Shown in pieces: positions 1 to 13,068 of a DNA stretch of 64,000 bases. A program made the position numbers and the translations under genes. This DNA is from Microbotryum violaceum (lineage: Eukaryota). Position 1 is the stretch's first letter, and each line of letters starts with the position of its first letter. The notes under the pieces are model-generated. The model saw only the letters and a list, made by a program, of their open reading frames with translations, was not told where the DNA came from and made no database searches. The DNA is taken from positions 806,001 through 870,000 of the forward strand of contig CDLV01000008.1 of the NCBI GenBank assembly GCA_001244265.2. Reading direction: 5' to 3'.

Positions 1-1510
1 TCACCGTCATCGCCAGCCGGAGCTGCCGCTGCCGCCGGCGGGCTTGCGAAACCTCGCCACGACGAAGGTACAGACAAGGTCGTCCAGAACGAGCCGCAGC
101 AAGATAATACAGCAACCACACGGTCCGCGATTGAGCAAGAAACATCCCAATCACCCGAACTACCACCCGCTTCGCGCCTTCCCGTCGAGGTCCCCCACGA
201 TTCGCACGGCGTTATTGATCGGTCGCAATCGCTCGCGTCGGAGAAGGTACGACAATTGTTCGCCGTCCCCGCCATCGTCGTATCGCGACAGCTCGAGATG
301 ATGTCCATTATGGTCGGCTACGAGCAAGCCAACAGGTACCAGCTGCAGTCCCCGGAAGGCGAGGTGCTTGGTTATCTCCTCGAGGAGGATCTCGGTATTG
401 GCAAGGCCATCACCCGGCAGATGCTCAAGACTCACCGACCCTTCAAGGCGACCGTACTCGACACGGAAGGGAACGTTATCCTTGTCGTCTCGAGGCCTTT
501 CACCTGGATCAACTCCAAGATCACCGTCTCTCTCCCGGACGACTCGGATCGGGACGCATCAGGCTCAACGTCGAAGGTCATTGGTGAAGCTCAGCAAGAG
601 TGGCACCTGTACCGAAGGAGGTACAACATGTTTGTCAACCGAGACGAGGAAGGGATGGACCAGTTTGGCAGGATCGATGCCGGTCTCTTGGCCTGGGATT
701 TCACCGTTTTGAATGAAGAGAGTCGTCCCATTGGGTCCATCAATAGGTGCGCTACAGTTTGTGCCCACAAGTTGGTCGCATGGCAAGACTGACCGGGTGC
801 TGTGAGGCGTCGTGCATAGGAACTTCCAAGGGTTCGCCAAAGAGATCTTTGCCGATGCTGGGCAGTACGTTCTGAGGTTCGAAGGAATCGTGGACGAACT
901 AGCTGCAGTGGGCGCTTTGCCGTCGCCGGTCAATGAAGCCACCTTGCCATCACCGGCATCAGCTTCACCAACACCAACACCAGCAAAGATTGCGTCGAAT
1001 AAGGAGGCCTTCTCATCTTCGAAAGGAGACCCGACGTCTCTCGTACCGTCGGAGGAATCGGAAGAACCTTCGACCTCTCCATCCCTGGACCTCGCCTTGC
1101 TGCCTCACATCACTTACGATCAGCGGGCCGTCATGTTGGCCTCTGCAATCTCGTGCGACTTTGACTACTTTTCGCGCCACTCTGGCTCGGGAGGGATGAT
1201 GGGTCCAGGGCTGTGGATGCCGATGGGCATGGGTGGGGGAGGAGCGAGTACTGAGGCAGGTACGGAAGCAGGCGCAGAAGCGGGCTCAGATGCGGGTGGA
1301 ATGACTCCCAACGCGGAAGGAGATGAGAGGATACCTGGAGTGGAGGACTCGGGTGGAATGAATCGGGATAGTGGTGGGTGGAGTGAGCAAGGTTGGGGCG
1401 ATGGTGGAGCGGGTGGGGAGGAAACCATGTCGGATCCTTGGGCGACACCCCAGGAGGATGCAGACGGGGGGACGTGGGGTTGGGGTGATCTGTTTCCTGG
1501 AGAAGATTGA
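1..1510 (+). CDS. Phospholipid scramblase family protein (AIM25-like), 5' end outside window
   Basis: ORFs 256-792 and 812-1510 are joined by a GT-AG intron at 747-819. Motifs RQLEMMSIMVGYEQANRY, RQMLKTHRPF, QQEWHLYRRRYNMF and QRAVMLASAISCDFDYFS are typical of fungal scramblases. Confidence 0.9.
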
Positions 1511-2057
1511 GAGAAGCCCACTTATGCCCGGATCTGTATCTCTTTGATGAGTCTGAGCGGGAAGGCCTGTGGGAAGCGGAGAGGGATGATGGAAGTCAGC
1601 TCGCGGACTAGGGGTCCGTGCGCCACCGGAGGATTATCGATCGTTCGACTCATTTGGCCACGACCTCCACAGGTCAGATGTATGTTGTATTTTCCTAAAA
1701 GCTATCGATTGAAAAAAATTAATTATCTCCCTTCGATCGTAAAAAGCTGATGAACACAACCGCTCTTTTTGGGCTGAAGAAAACGAAACGGTGAACTACG
1801 GTGAATTCCTATAAAGAGCCCATTTCAGAATCGGAGGACGACCAAGCGGCTCGGCGTGTACTCTGCTTACGCTCTCGCCACCACCCTTGCGTTGGCTGAA
1901 TCCTGATCAACTCGTCTGGCACCTTCGTTCGCCGGTCCCATTGACCTTCCTTTCGTGTATCCTCTCGACACACGAGTCTGTGCCCCACCTCTGCTGCGTC
2001 CATTCGTTGCGGTTCGTCGGCGGCGCTTTGCCCGTATCGGAGTTGAGCGGTGTTGAG

Positions 2058-2100
<43 letters not shown>
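2058..2100. repeat. 43-nt poly(C) homopolymer just upstream of the NBR1-like start codon
   Basis: Uninterrupted C run seen directly, ending 54 nt before the ATG at 2155. Confidence 0.95.
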
Positions 2101-2101
<1 letters not shown>

Positions 2102-2154
2102 TCGCCCCCACACGCCCCCCGTCCGGCGCCTGTCTCAATCGCGATCCTCCCACC

Positions 2155-5100
2155 ATGTCGACCAACCGCGATAGTGAGTCATGCCACGTGTTGTTCCAAG
2201 TGCAGAATAGCGACTAGGATGCTGAACGTTGGTTTCTACTCTCTCTACCCGTCTCCATCAATGGCGATCGCGTCCGATTCGGCTGTCGTAATCGCCCTTG
2301 CGCTCACCCCGGTCGGCCGCTACCTCGCCCCCCTCCTCCAATCGCTGGCTGCACGCCCCTCCGTCCCCATTGCACAGCCTCCCCGGCGTTCCATAGTTTC
2401 GTGTTCAAGCTCAAACTTGCCGGCGCGAGCTCGCGTGAAGAGCACCGTCGTTATGGCTTTGTCGGTGACTTGAGACAACCGGCCGTGTTCAGCGTGAGTG
2501 ACCCATTTCGACGTTCGTCTCGCTGAGCTGATCTGGCAGTTGGCGAGCGCGCGATGACTCGGGGTGAGACGCCCGGTTCGCTCGCGTGACTCGATCCACC
2601 GCGACCCAGGGTTCGGGGTCGGCTTCGGCGAGCAGTCAAGACATTATGACTTGGGCCAAACATGCATACACCCTCAATAACCCTGTTTGGGGTATCAAAA
2701 CTGATCAAGCAGACTTGTTTACACCACAGGGGCTTTGCACTCGTACGACCCAGGTCTTCAAACTTGCTCCGGGCAGCTTCCACCTCGCCACCATCGACCG
2801 CCTCGGCCGTCAAGTCTCGGTCAACACCCACGACGATTTCCTTCTTCACGTGTGCAAACCCACCTTGTCGTACCAGAACCTCAATACGGTCAAGCTTGAT
2901 GCCAAGGGCCGCATCGTTCTCCACTTTCATGTCGTCCGGCTGCCTCAGCCCTCGGCAAACTCTGCCACGCACGTCAAAGGCTCGGAGAAGCAGCCGCAGT
3001 CGCAGGAGCAGGCCGCTTCGACCGGCACCCTCGTCGATGTCAGCGAGCCCGCCTCAACTTCCGAGATCTCGGGTACGATCGCGACGGGACTCTTGATTGA
3101 CGTCTCGTCTTCGGACTCTGCCGCGAACCCCGAGCAAACCCCGGCCGCTCGCTCAAGCACATCGTACCCACCGGCGGTGCCCGTCTCTGCAGTCGGTTCG
3201 GGTGCGCTTCCTCCTCCGACGCATTACCACCACTCGCACCCTCACGAGCACGGTCTACACCGCCACAACGAGTTCTCGGCCAGCTGCCGCCCGAGTTACA
3301 ATCCTTACACCTCGCCTGCCCGTCACCGCCACCAGCATGGCTCCGGCATGCCGCCGACGACCACGCCCATGGTCAGCTATGGTCCGACCGCGCATGTCAG
3401 TGCTATGATCCATCGGCTCGAGCGTCGTCGCCAACTCCACGAGCAAACGATGCGCGAATCTTCGTCTGCCGCGAGCTCGTCCCATGCTCCTCCAGCGGCC
3501 TCGACCTCGGCGTTGGCATCCGCTGATGAGAAGACAGCCGAGCCGGCCAAGGCGAGCAACGGCTACACGCCCGCGTATGTGACGGATGTTCCCATCGCGG
3601 AGAAGGCCGAGACCGAAGCTGAGGCGTCATCAGCCTCGCCCAAGTTGTCACCTCCCTCGTCGCCGGTCGCCGAAACCTGGACCGGCTTTAAGAACATTAT
3701 CACGACCTTCGTGCGCGACTTCAACCGCCACCTCGCCGACAACTTGGGCGACGAGTTCCCCGATTTCCGACTCGTTTCTGTCCGACGGGAAGAGAACCGC
3801 TCTCGCGATGCGAGCACTTCGTCCGACGAGGTGCCCATCCACCCCGGTGTCTTCTGCGACGCGTGCCACATCACGATCCAGGGCGTGCGTCACAAGTGCC
3901 TCCATTGCTCCAATTACGACATGTGCGACGTCTGCGTTGTCACGCGTCGAGACCGCCATAATGCTGGCCACACATTCGCCCAGATCGAGCGGCCCGGGGC
4001 GCCGCCTTGCGTCGTCTCTACCGCGCCTGCGGCGTCGACTTCTCAGGCCTCGCCTCCGCCGGAAGAGGTCGAGCGCAAGGCTGTGCACAGCAGCGTCGTT
4101 TGCGATGTGTGTGACCTCACGGTCATCGGTGTTCGCCACAAGTGCCTCAGCTGCGGCAACTATGACATGTGCGAGAACTGCATCGCCGCCCGCCGCGATG
4201 CGCACGACATGTCGCACGTCTTTGCGCAAATCGTCCGACCCGGCGCTGCACCCGCAGTCGTCACCGTCCGATCCCAGTCGACGGCCGGGGCCCCTACATC
4301 CTCCTCGATCTACAACGCCGATGCGCAACACCCTGCGACATGTGACCGATGCCAAGGTTCTATTCGAGGCGTGCGCTTCAAGTGCTTGCAGTGCCCCGAC
4401 TGGGATGCCTGCTCGGCGTGCCACGATGGCCTCAAGCTCAACGACGTGCACCCTGGTCACTCGTTCGTTCCCATCTACGACCCCAAGCTGTTCACAACCA
4501 GATACAACGGTGTCACTCCTGCCCACCACGAAGGGATCGCTTGCGACGCTTGTGAAGTGGGTCCCATTGTCGGTGCGAGATACCGCTGCATGCACCCAGA
4601 CTGCAACGAGGGTGACTCGTACGATCTCTGTGCGACCTGCGAAGCCGATCCCATCGTTCGCCACCCCATCGACCATCCTCTACTTAAATTGAGAACGCCT
4701 ATGGGCCCCACTCCTGAAAACCACCGCGTCGTCAAGGACATCATTGAGCTCGTGCAGCGTCACCTCGCCGCCTCGTCGAATGCCAACGCCTCGATCTCGA
4801 CTCCGAAGGCGAACCCTGCTTCCCCGGAGGAAGTGCCGATCGCCGTCGCTGCCATCGGCAAGGTCGTAGCGAACGTCATGCGCAAGTGGGGAATCGAAGT
4901 CGCCGACGAGTTACCCACGACTTTGCTCGATGGACCGGGCCCCGAGGAGGACGCGGCTGCATCGTCCGAGGATGAGGCTGTCGAAGCACATGAGGAGTCG
5001 TCGGCGCCGATGGCGATGAGCCAAGTCGACATGGCTGGAGCCTATCCAACTCAGACGTCTGTCGTTGAGGCGGAAAAGGTCGCCGAAATGGAAATCACAA

Positions 5101-5822
5101 TCGAGCCTTCGAACGAGCAAACCGTGGAGAAATCTGAGGAGGTCGCGCCCGTCGCTGAGGAGGAGCAAGTCAAGGTCGCCAACGCCACCTCGGCGGATGA
5201 TACGCTTCGCGCATCGTTTGTTGCGGATATCACCCTCTCCGATGGCTCGCTCGTGCCCTCCGGCGCCATGTTCACCAAGATCTGGCACGTCATGAACTCG
5301 GGCAACGTCACCTGGCCTGCCTCGGCTCGCCTCGTCAACGTTGGTGGCTTCACTCGCATGCGTTCCTCGACCTCCTCAGCGGCGCTCGAGTTCTCCGTCC
5401 CCATTGCCCAACCCGGGGAGACGGTCGAGCTCTCGTGCGAGCTCCAAGCCCCTGAAGACGAGGGCAAGTACATGGACCATTGGCGCCTCCGCGACCAAGC
5501 AACGCAAGACTTCTTTGGTGATCGATTCTGGGTCGCTATCGTCGTCGAGTCGGCGCATGCTTCGTCCGAAAACTCGTTGACGAGTAGCTCCTTCATCGCC
5601 CCTGCTCCGGAGACGAACAGGGCCAGTACGGAAACGGACACGCGCTCAAATGTCTCGTCCGTGTCTTCCGATGAGCTGTCGAACCCCGAAGAGGACGAGG
5701 AGTTTATTCATGCCGGCGTGTCATCCGATGAACATATCTCTGGTGATGAGCATGACGTCGAGTCGGTCGTTGATGAGGACGAGGAATTTGTTGTTCTTTC
5801 GGATGAGGACTTTGAAGCCTAG
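2155..5822 (+). CDS. NBR1: NBR1-like selective autophagy receptor (4 ZZ zinc fingers, FW domain, acidic C-terminal AIM/LIR)
   Basis: Four ZZ motifs (HPGVFCDAC, HSSVVCDVC, HPATCDRC, HEGIACDAC) and an FW domain (ASFVADITLSDGSLVPSGAMFTKIWHVMNSG...FGDRFWVAIVV), ending DEDEEFVVL. Inferred exons: ATG 2155 (MSTNRD), intron 2174-2377, an exon reading FVFKLKL, then an intron from 2494 to ~2608 joining ORF 2586-5822 in frame. Confidence 0.88.
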
Positions 5823-6266
5823 ACTTTTGACGCATCCTGTATTACTTCGGGCATCTTCTTCACTTCGCGGTTCTTCTCCCTCTCTTCGAGTCATTCATCA
5901 TCATCAACTCATTCTTTGATCTGCGCGCACAAGCCACTGCGTCGTCGCGTGCGCCTCTCTTGTTCTATTTGTAAGACAGACCTGTTCACTACAATTGCCC
6001 GGAGCGTTCTCTACGCGTCTGTTTATGATGGTGGATCCACTGAAGTGTACTGATAGCCTTCGAACCGAGAGTCTCCTGAATGCGCACCGAGTCATTGTCC
6101 TCTGGCCGGCGCCGGCGTATTCTTGCGCTGACGATCACCGGTCTGTGGGCCCGCCCCTTCTGCTTGTGGGTCTGCCTGAACGAACCAGCATTCTTGTACC
6201 CTCCTTTCGACTTCTTCTTGCTCGGCTGTGAGATTCACAACCCTCTTGAGGATTAGCATGGACGCT

Positions 6267-6821
6267 TCAATCAGGGTCCCGAGCCGAGTCAAGCTCAATC
6301 TCCGGGTTAGGAGGCGACCCGATCGATGTGAACATACCTTTGACGATGGTCTGGATGTTGGCTGCGAATTGGGCCATGTACTTTTCGTCATCGGCTAGGA
6401 TCTGGTGTACCCTGCCAATCGAGGCGGACATGTCTTCCTGCGAGGTCATAAATCCGAGCAAACTAGTCTTAGCCTGAGCAACCTCGCGTCGAGCCGAGAA
6501 CTTGCCCCAAGCCAGCAGAGAACCCACCTGCATCCTTTCCGACAAACGCATCAACTCCCCCTTCAACCTCTTCTCCTCCTCCCCGAATCTCCTCTCCCTT
6601 TCCTCGAACGCGTCCTTCTCACCCTGCAACTGGGCTTTCATCTTGTCGAGGATGGCGTTAACCTCGTTTTTATGCGCTCGGGCTAGGGGCGCGATTTGTT
6701 GCGCGAGCTGGTCGCGACGCTGTTGGCGCCTTTCGAGCTTGGGTTTGAAGGCGTCGGCGAGGGTCAAATTGAGAGAAGGACTGTAAAGGTGGGAGATGGT
6801 GCGATGAGCGCCGTTGACCAT
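6267..6821 (-). CDS. Hypothetical coiled-coil protein (multi-exon; ends uncertain)
   Basis: 184-aa ORF with heptad-like charged helices (KLERRQQRRDQLAQQIAPL...EKDAFEERERRFGEEEKRLKGEL) and plausible internal splice sites. No family recognised. Confidence 0.45.
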   Translation of the reverse strand: MVNGAHRTISHLYSPSLNLTLADAFKPKLERRQQRRDQLAQQIAPLARAHKNEVNAILDKMKAQLQGEKDAFEERERRFGEEEKRLKGELMRLSERMQVGSLLAWGKFSARREVAQAKTSLLGFMTSQEDMSASIGRVHQILADDEKYMAQFAANIQTIVKGMFTSIGSPPNPEIELDSARDPD

Positions 6822-7119
6822 GAACGGTCATCGTTCGTTGGGGAGGGGAGAGGAGATGACGTCAATCGCTAGCGAGCGACTGCGGGGAGAGGAGCCATGT
6901 GGGGGAGGGCGGGCTACTCAACTCTTCATCATCGAGATCTTGACTCGCTACGGGCGTCGAGCCACAAGGGGGTGCCATGATCTCGTTCCAAATAGTATGA
7001 GCGTATATCTGATTTCAACCCTGCAAAGGGTGGGTGTGGACAGAAAGAGGAGCAAGAGAGGAGGCGAGTGATCACCAGAATTCGATCCGCCTCCTAACCC
7101 GGCAAAGGGCGCGGCCAAG

Positions 7120-7870
7120 ATGATCTCGAAGGAACTTGAGGTGTGGGTCGGCGATTGTGAAAATGCCATGCAATATGCAAAGAAAAACCGCTTCTATCTT
7201 CTGCACGTTCTCAACGATCCATCTGTGGCCCCAACGCAGCTCAAGAAAACTCGATCGACCGAACGCCCGACCGTCGTCTCCAGCTCATCACCAGACGCTG
7301 ATATCCTCCAATACCTTCAACACTGAACAATCTTTCCCCTCTTTCGTCGTGCAACACCTCGCCCAAGTCCAATTCTGACCCCTCATCTTCTTCGGCGCAG
7401 GGACGCCGAACTCGCAATGAGGGTAGAGTCGAGAGTCCTGCATGATCTCGTCGCAGTTGTCGATCTTGTCCGGGCCGCAGCAGCGTTCCCATTTCGTGTT
7501 GCCAGGTATGCGCGCGATCAGTTCGCAGCCTCTTCGGGGTTGACTGGAGCGGCGGATGGGTGGTGGTGGAGAAAACAAGTCAGTCAGGTCTGGGCGGAGC
7601 AGTTACAGGCCCTGCAGGGGTTCGCTGCGATTTCTCTTACGCGTTGCCGGGGAGGATATGTTCCAGCTTGCTGAGATCCTTGGGGACACTGTCAAAGAGT
7701 TACAACCCAACGCCGCAGCGAGGATCTCAGTAGGGTCTTCCGTCGTGGCTGCTTCGCACGAGGCTCGGGCGCGCCGCGACGCGTGTCGACTCGATTCGGT
7801 GGCAAGTTGGACACTCACCCTGCTACAGCTGGAGGCTGCATATCAACAACTTCACCGAGTGCGGCATTGA
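7120..7870 (+). CDS. Possible small multi-exon hypothetical gene
   Basis: Protein-like short ORFs (7120-7326, 7417-7674, 7556-7870) with a CTGAC...CAG acceptor near 7400 and a GTATGC donor near 7506. I could not build a full gene model. Confidence 0.25.
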
Positions 7871-8380
7871 AACACAGTAGAAAGAGGACGAGCAAGCACT
7901 GCCGCAGGGAGGTTCGTCGTCTCTGATCGATCATCTTGCCCAGCCGGTTCCGGTGGAGGTTGCGCGACGGACGAGCGAAAGGGCCGGTGACGCGCGCCGA
8001 AAGAGAATCTTACGGCCTCTTCCCGAAATCCTCCCAGAATCTGGGCCCACGCTCGACTGTAGCATCGCAGCATGTGCCGGATACAACGAAAATGGCCTAT
8101 GCATCTCAAGTACCCTTTTACAAAATAAAAGTAGACAAGACGTTTTTACCGGATTAGGACGCGCGCCGGCTTTTGTTTCATTTTATTTCGGTCTTCCGTT
8201 CTTCCATTCTTGCCCACGGCTCGATCTCTTCACTTTGAAGCTCGCGACCTAGTGACCCTCGGTTCATGATGCTCGTCTTCATACTTGCGTTTCCTGGTAA
8301 ATTGTTTCAAGAAGCCAGCGAATCTCAGCATACTTCCGTACAATGAATAGCCAAGTCGTCTAATTGCCTTGACTCGACAC

Positions 8381-11300
8381 TCACCTCGTCGAATCGCGAT
8401 CATCGGCGTCCTCCTCCTCGCTGTATCTCCGACTCCTCCTCGTCCCACTTCTCCGCGACGATGCCTCACGATGATCGACGTCGTCGTACCTCGTCGATCG
8501 TCGACGATGACCTTCGGCCTCGCGCGAAGCACTGACTTCCCTCGAACTTCGATCACCCGCCCCATCTTCCTCCACAACGGCGGCGGCTTGACTTCCTTTG
8601 ATCTTGAAGCCTGCTGATCGTGCATCCTCTTCGGCTCCAACGTCGTGGTCACGATCCCGCCTCTCACGATCCCCTTTATCCCGATCAGTACGACTGTCGT
8701 TCCCTTCCTCCTCCTCCTCCGCAAGGTACCTCGAACTCCTCCCCGTCGCCTTCCTCGAGCCCCTTCTTTCACTCCCACTATCCCTGGGTGAATCCCTCGG
8801 CGAATCCCTCTCTCTCTCCCTCTCAGTTACCCCTCGTGCCCTCCCCCCAGCTTCGTACCCCGTCCCTGCTCCAGTCGTCGTCGTCGTCGTCGACCCCCCT
8901 CTCGAATAATCAATCGACCTCGACCTCGATCTCGACCTCCCGGATTCTTCCGAATAACTCCTCTTTCTCCTGTCCCCACCACCTCGTTCGTTCAATGGCG
9001 TTCTCCCCTCCGCACCACCAGTCGAATGACTCGTCGACACACCTCCACTTCCCCCACTTGCGCCACCATAATCGAGGCCGCTCATCTCTTTTTGCCCCGC
9101 TTGTCGATCTTTGTCGTGATACGTCGCATGGGCACCACCTCGAGGACCTCGTGGAGGAGGGCCGGCGTTCCTCGGTCCCGTAGGTACGTTGGGGGGTAGA
9201 GCCGTCGGGACGTTCCTTGGACCGGTGGGGATCGCTCCTTGCGGCAAGCCCGGCTGAAGTCCATTCGCCCCGCCGCCGGGAAGCATCATCATCCCCCCAC
9301 CACCCCTTCCACCTCTTCCAGCGAAGGCACCTCGCCCACCTCGGAGGTTTACCCCCATCCCCCCTCGACCTCGTCCACCACCCATCATGTGCTGTTGTTG
9401 CATCTGTTGCATTTGGTGCATCTGTTGTTGCTGCATTTGTTGTTGCATTTGGTATTGCTGTTGCATCATGGAAGAATAGTCCTGCAGTAATGGTCGTGAA
9501 GCGAGGTCGTGGTCAGGGCTCGACACTTGTGCCCAAGAAGCGGGAGGCACACTCACCGCATCACCTCCTTCATTTGCTTCGCCATTCTCTTCCGTAACGT
9601 TCTGCTGCGTCGCATTAGGGTCGTTAACTATGGAATAGTAAAACCCCTGACTTTGAGCACTCCGTTCCGACAGATGAGAGCACTCGCCGCCATGAAACTC
9701 ACGGTCGGCCGCACCTTCATTCTCGAAAGTCTCTGCCTGCCCTTGTCCTTGACCCTGGCCCTGAGCACCTTGAGGCATTCCGAATCCACCTCCTTCCATT
9801 CCCATTCCCATTCCTATACCACCCATAGCGCCCATACCTCCGATCCCCATCTCGCCATTCCCTTGCATCCCCTGAGGCATATTCGCGCCATTGCCACCAT
9901 TCATCATCATCCTCGCCTGACCTCCCATCTGCGTATTGGGCCCACCACCGCCGCCGTAGATGTCCATCCCTCCTTGTGTTGGGCCCTGTCCTTGATTACT
10001 ATAGCCTCCAAGTCCTTGTTGAGCCATCATTTGCTGCTGCTGCTGCTGCTGCATGAACGCCTGCGCCGTCGCCGCGGGATTCACCCCCTGTCCTCCTTGA
10101 GCTCCCGAAGCAGCGGCCACCATGCTCATCATATGCATCATCGCTTGAGGGGGTGGTGGTCCCGGCATGCCCGGTTGAATACCCATCAGGGAAGCGACCA
10201 AGAGTATTTTTTGTTCGGGGTGCAGGGACGAGGTGGCCGTGGGAAGGTCCGAAGTGGCAAAGATCTTTCATGTCGGGATAAAAAGGAAAGCGATCCTCAG
10301 GATTTTCTCTGTTTTTTTCGTTCGCCACGAGGACGGAACGTTCGCGAAGACTTTTGGGTGGAAGAGAGTGGACTTACGGCGAACGGGTTACTCGCATCGT
10401 TCTGTACCTCTTGCCTCATTTTTTTCTGCTTCTGCGCATAGTTCTTCCACGCGGCTTCGTTCATCCCATAGTTGAAATAATCGGCCATATTCGCGCCCGG
10501 TCGAGTCCAAGGTTTTTCGGGGAGCGCGTCGAGCTCGAGATCGAAGAGGTCGTGACCTTGGTCGTCTTGGGGGATCAAGTCGACGTCGAGGCTGGGCGGA
10601 GGCATCGTCGGTTGGAGGGGGTAGAGCGATCCGCGTGGGATGAGGGTCGGTTCGAGTTTGGCAGTGGTAGGCGGCGGGTGCGGTGCATCGTCTTCTGTCG
10701 CTGGAGTGGGGGCGGGGGCGGGTGGGTTCAAGTTCGGGTTCGGGGTGTTGGTGCCTGGCCTGTCCAATGGTGAATAGTCGGTCGTGGTTGGAGGTGCGGT
10801 GACTGTGGGGTAAGGGCAGGGGGTATGAAGGGTCAACTCAGCTGGGCGCGGGTCAACGACGCGGTTCGGCGGATGGAAACGGACGAGGTTTGGTGGGCGA
10901 CACGGGTGGGAGGACGGGCACGGGTGCGTTCGGTCTCCGCGAGCTGTGGAAGGTACGATAACGGGGCGTGGGTTGAGCGATCCCGAGCGGTGAAAAGGAC
11001 CGAGTTGCGCGACTGACGGGGGTGGTGGCGGCACGGGATCGCCGTCGAGGATCAATTCAATGTCCTGCCGAGTGGGGAGGGTACGAACGTTCAGTCACAG
11101 AGAAACCAAAAATGATGGAGCAGGGTTTACCCACCTCGTCACTATCTTCTTCGTCCTGCTGCATCTCTCCCTCGTCGTCGCCGCCATTCTGAGCTGATGC
11201 GCTGTTGGCGAGAGACGATCGCTGTGGTCAGCTGGGGAGCGACTATACCGAACCCGAGTGAACTCACCCAGTATGCGGAGCTGCTCCACGTAGCACGCCA

Positions 11301-11528
11301 CACCGAGCAGAAGGGGTGGTCAGTAACTCGGTGTCGGCTCCGCCCCAGCGTCGGCTCCGCCCCAGCGTCGGCTCCGCCCCAGCGTCGGCTCCGCCCCAGC
11401 GTCGGCTCCGCCCCAGCGTCGGCTCCGCACTGACCTGGTGCAGGTGCGGCTTCCTTTTGCGGCGTATGGTTGATGACGAGTTCGTCGCCATCACCGTACA
11501 GGAACGCGTCGTCTTCGTCAAAGTCCAT
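8381..11528 (-). CDS. FIP1: Pre-mRNA polyadenylation factor Fip1
   Basis: Fip1 domain FDLELDALPEKPWTRPGANMADYFNYGMNEAAWKNY, acidic N-terminus MDFDEDDAFLYGD at 11528, and Q/G-rich then RS/RD-rich C-terminus (ORF 8381-10201). Confidence 0.93.
11333..11428. repeat. 17-bp minisatellite (GTCGGCTCCGCCCCAGC) x5.6 in FIP1 intron 1
   Basis: Five perfect units plus a partial unit, directly after the first FIP1 donor site. Confidence 0.95.
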
Positions 11529-11754
11529 ACTTGATCCCAGAGTGCGATGCGCGATGGTGGGGTGGGGCAAGAGAGAGAGAAAGAGCGAGAGAAAGAACAC
11601 ACACAGAGAAAGAGAGAGCTGTCCAAGCCGCCGCTTCCACTCGCGACGGCTTCCTGTCCGGCTTCGTCCCCGGTTCTGTCCCCGGTTCTGTCCCCGTGTC
11701 GGTCCTCTTCTCAGCTCTTCTCCATCTTGCCACACCACGCCCGACCCCATCAGG

Positions 11755-12785
11755 ATGGCCTCATCGACCTCGACCCCGATCGATCCAGAGTCTCCTTCGT
11801 TCCTGGACACGTTCGAACGCTGGAGGATCGCCATCACTTCCCTCACCCTCCCTGCGCCTGTACGTGCCTCACCGCTCCGATGCGACGCCTCCACTTCCGC
11901 CTCCACTTCTGCCTCCACTTCCGCCTCCAATTCCGCCTCCACGCCGTCCTGGTCCGGTGGTCAGATCATGCAACCCACCATGACCACGCCAACCTCCCAC
12001 ACAACCGCTACTGCCGCACCCGTCTCGGAACAAGAACGCAAACGCCTCGTCAAGGAATGCAAACGCTGCGAAAAATGGACCGACGAACTCGCTCGCGAAT
12101 CACCCCTCATCCGTTTCCTGCTCATGCACGTCGCCCTACTCCCCCCCTCACCTTCCGAAAGCACCTCCTCCCCCACCTCTTCCCCCTCCACCTCCTACCC
12201 GATCCCGATCACCTGCCGACCCTGTCCGCCGACTCTGGCAGGCGGCTTCTCCCCGACGCTCGGCATTCTCCTCTGCCAAAACCGCTTCATGTCCAAAGCG
12301 CACCTCCAAGACGCCCTCGCCCACGAACTCATCCACGCCTACGACGATCGTCGGTTCGACCTGGGCAAAGCCGACGATTGGGGCAAGGATTTGCGAAAAC
12401 ATGCTTGTACCGAGATCAGAGCCGAGAACCTCTCCGGCGATTGTCGCTTCTCCAGAGAATTCACCAGGAGGAATTGGACCTTGACCAAGCAGCATCAGGT
12501 GAGCGCGCACCCGGCCTCATCAAACACGATTCCGAGTGCGAGTCCATCGCTGATACTTCTGTTCGCGCGCCACAGGCCTGCGTGAGGAGAAGGGCTACAC
12601 TCTCCGTCGCCGCAAACCCGTACTGCAAGGACGAGCAAGAGGCCCAAAAAATCGTCAACGAGGTTTGGCACAACTGCTGGCCCGATACACGACCTTTTGA
12701 TGAGGTCAGCAACTTTCGCACAACCTCTCGTGTGGTACAGGTGGGCTCTGACCCTCTACTCTTCCTCCAAACACAGATCTACTAG
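11755..12785 (+). CDS. ATP23: Mitochondrial inner membrane metalloprotease Atp23 (peptidase M76)
   Basis: [22 protein letters not shown] (HExxH), [25 protein letters not shown] and [12 protein letters not shown]. Two short 3' introns. Confidence 0.95.
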
Positions 12786-13068
12786 AAACTCTTGTGCCTC
12801 ATATATACACTATTCAACCCCACTCAGGTATCCACTTTTTGCCGCTACTGCCATGACACCCTCTTTTCTCCACATCCAATCTCTACCGCATACTGTTTGA
12901 CAAGCTTGTTTCAAGAGACGGCGACAACAGGGCTTCCTCTCGCATACACAAACACTCCCACACACACGCAAGCATAGACGAGACGGTTCGAGATGATGAT
13001 GCACCACTTGCTTTGCATCGGAGCTTCAAACTTCAAACGAGAGGACAACAGAAAGAAAAAAACGGCTC

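Noticed and set aside
1809-2174. Poly-Gly/poly-Pro ORFs
   Set aside because: Translation artefacts of the poly(C) tract.
3586-4692. Long alternative-frame and antisense ORFs over NBR1 (similarly over XRN1, ATP23, FIP1)
   Set aside because: Expected shadows of GC-rich codon usage; no recognisable motifs.
11333-11428. CRISPR-like array
   Set aside because: Head-to-tail 17-mers with no spacers, inside a eukaryotic intron.
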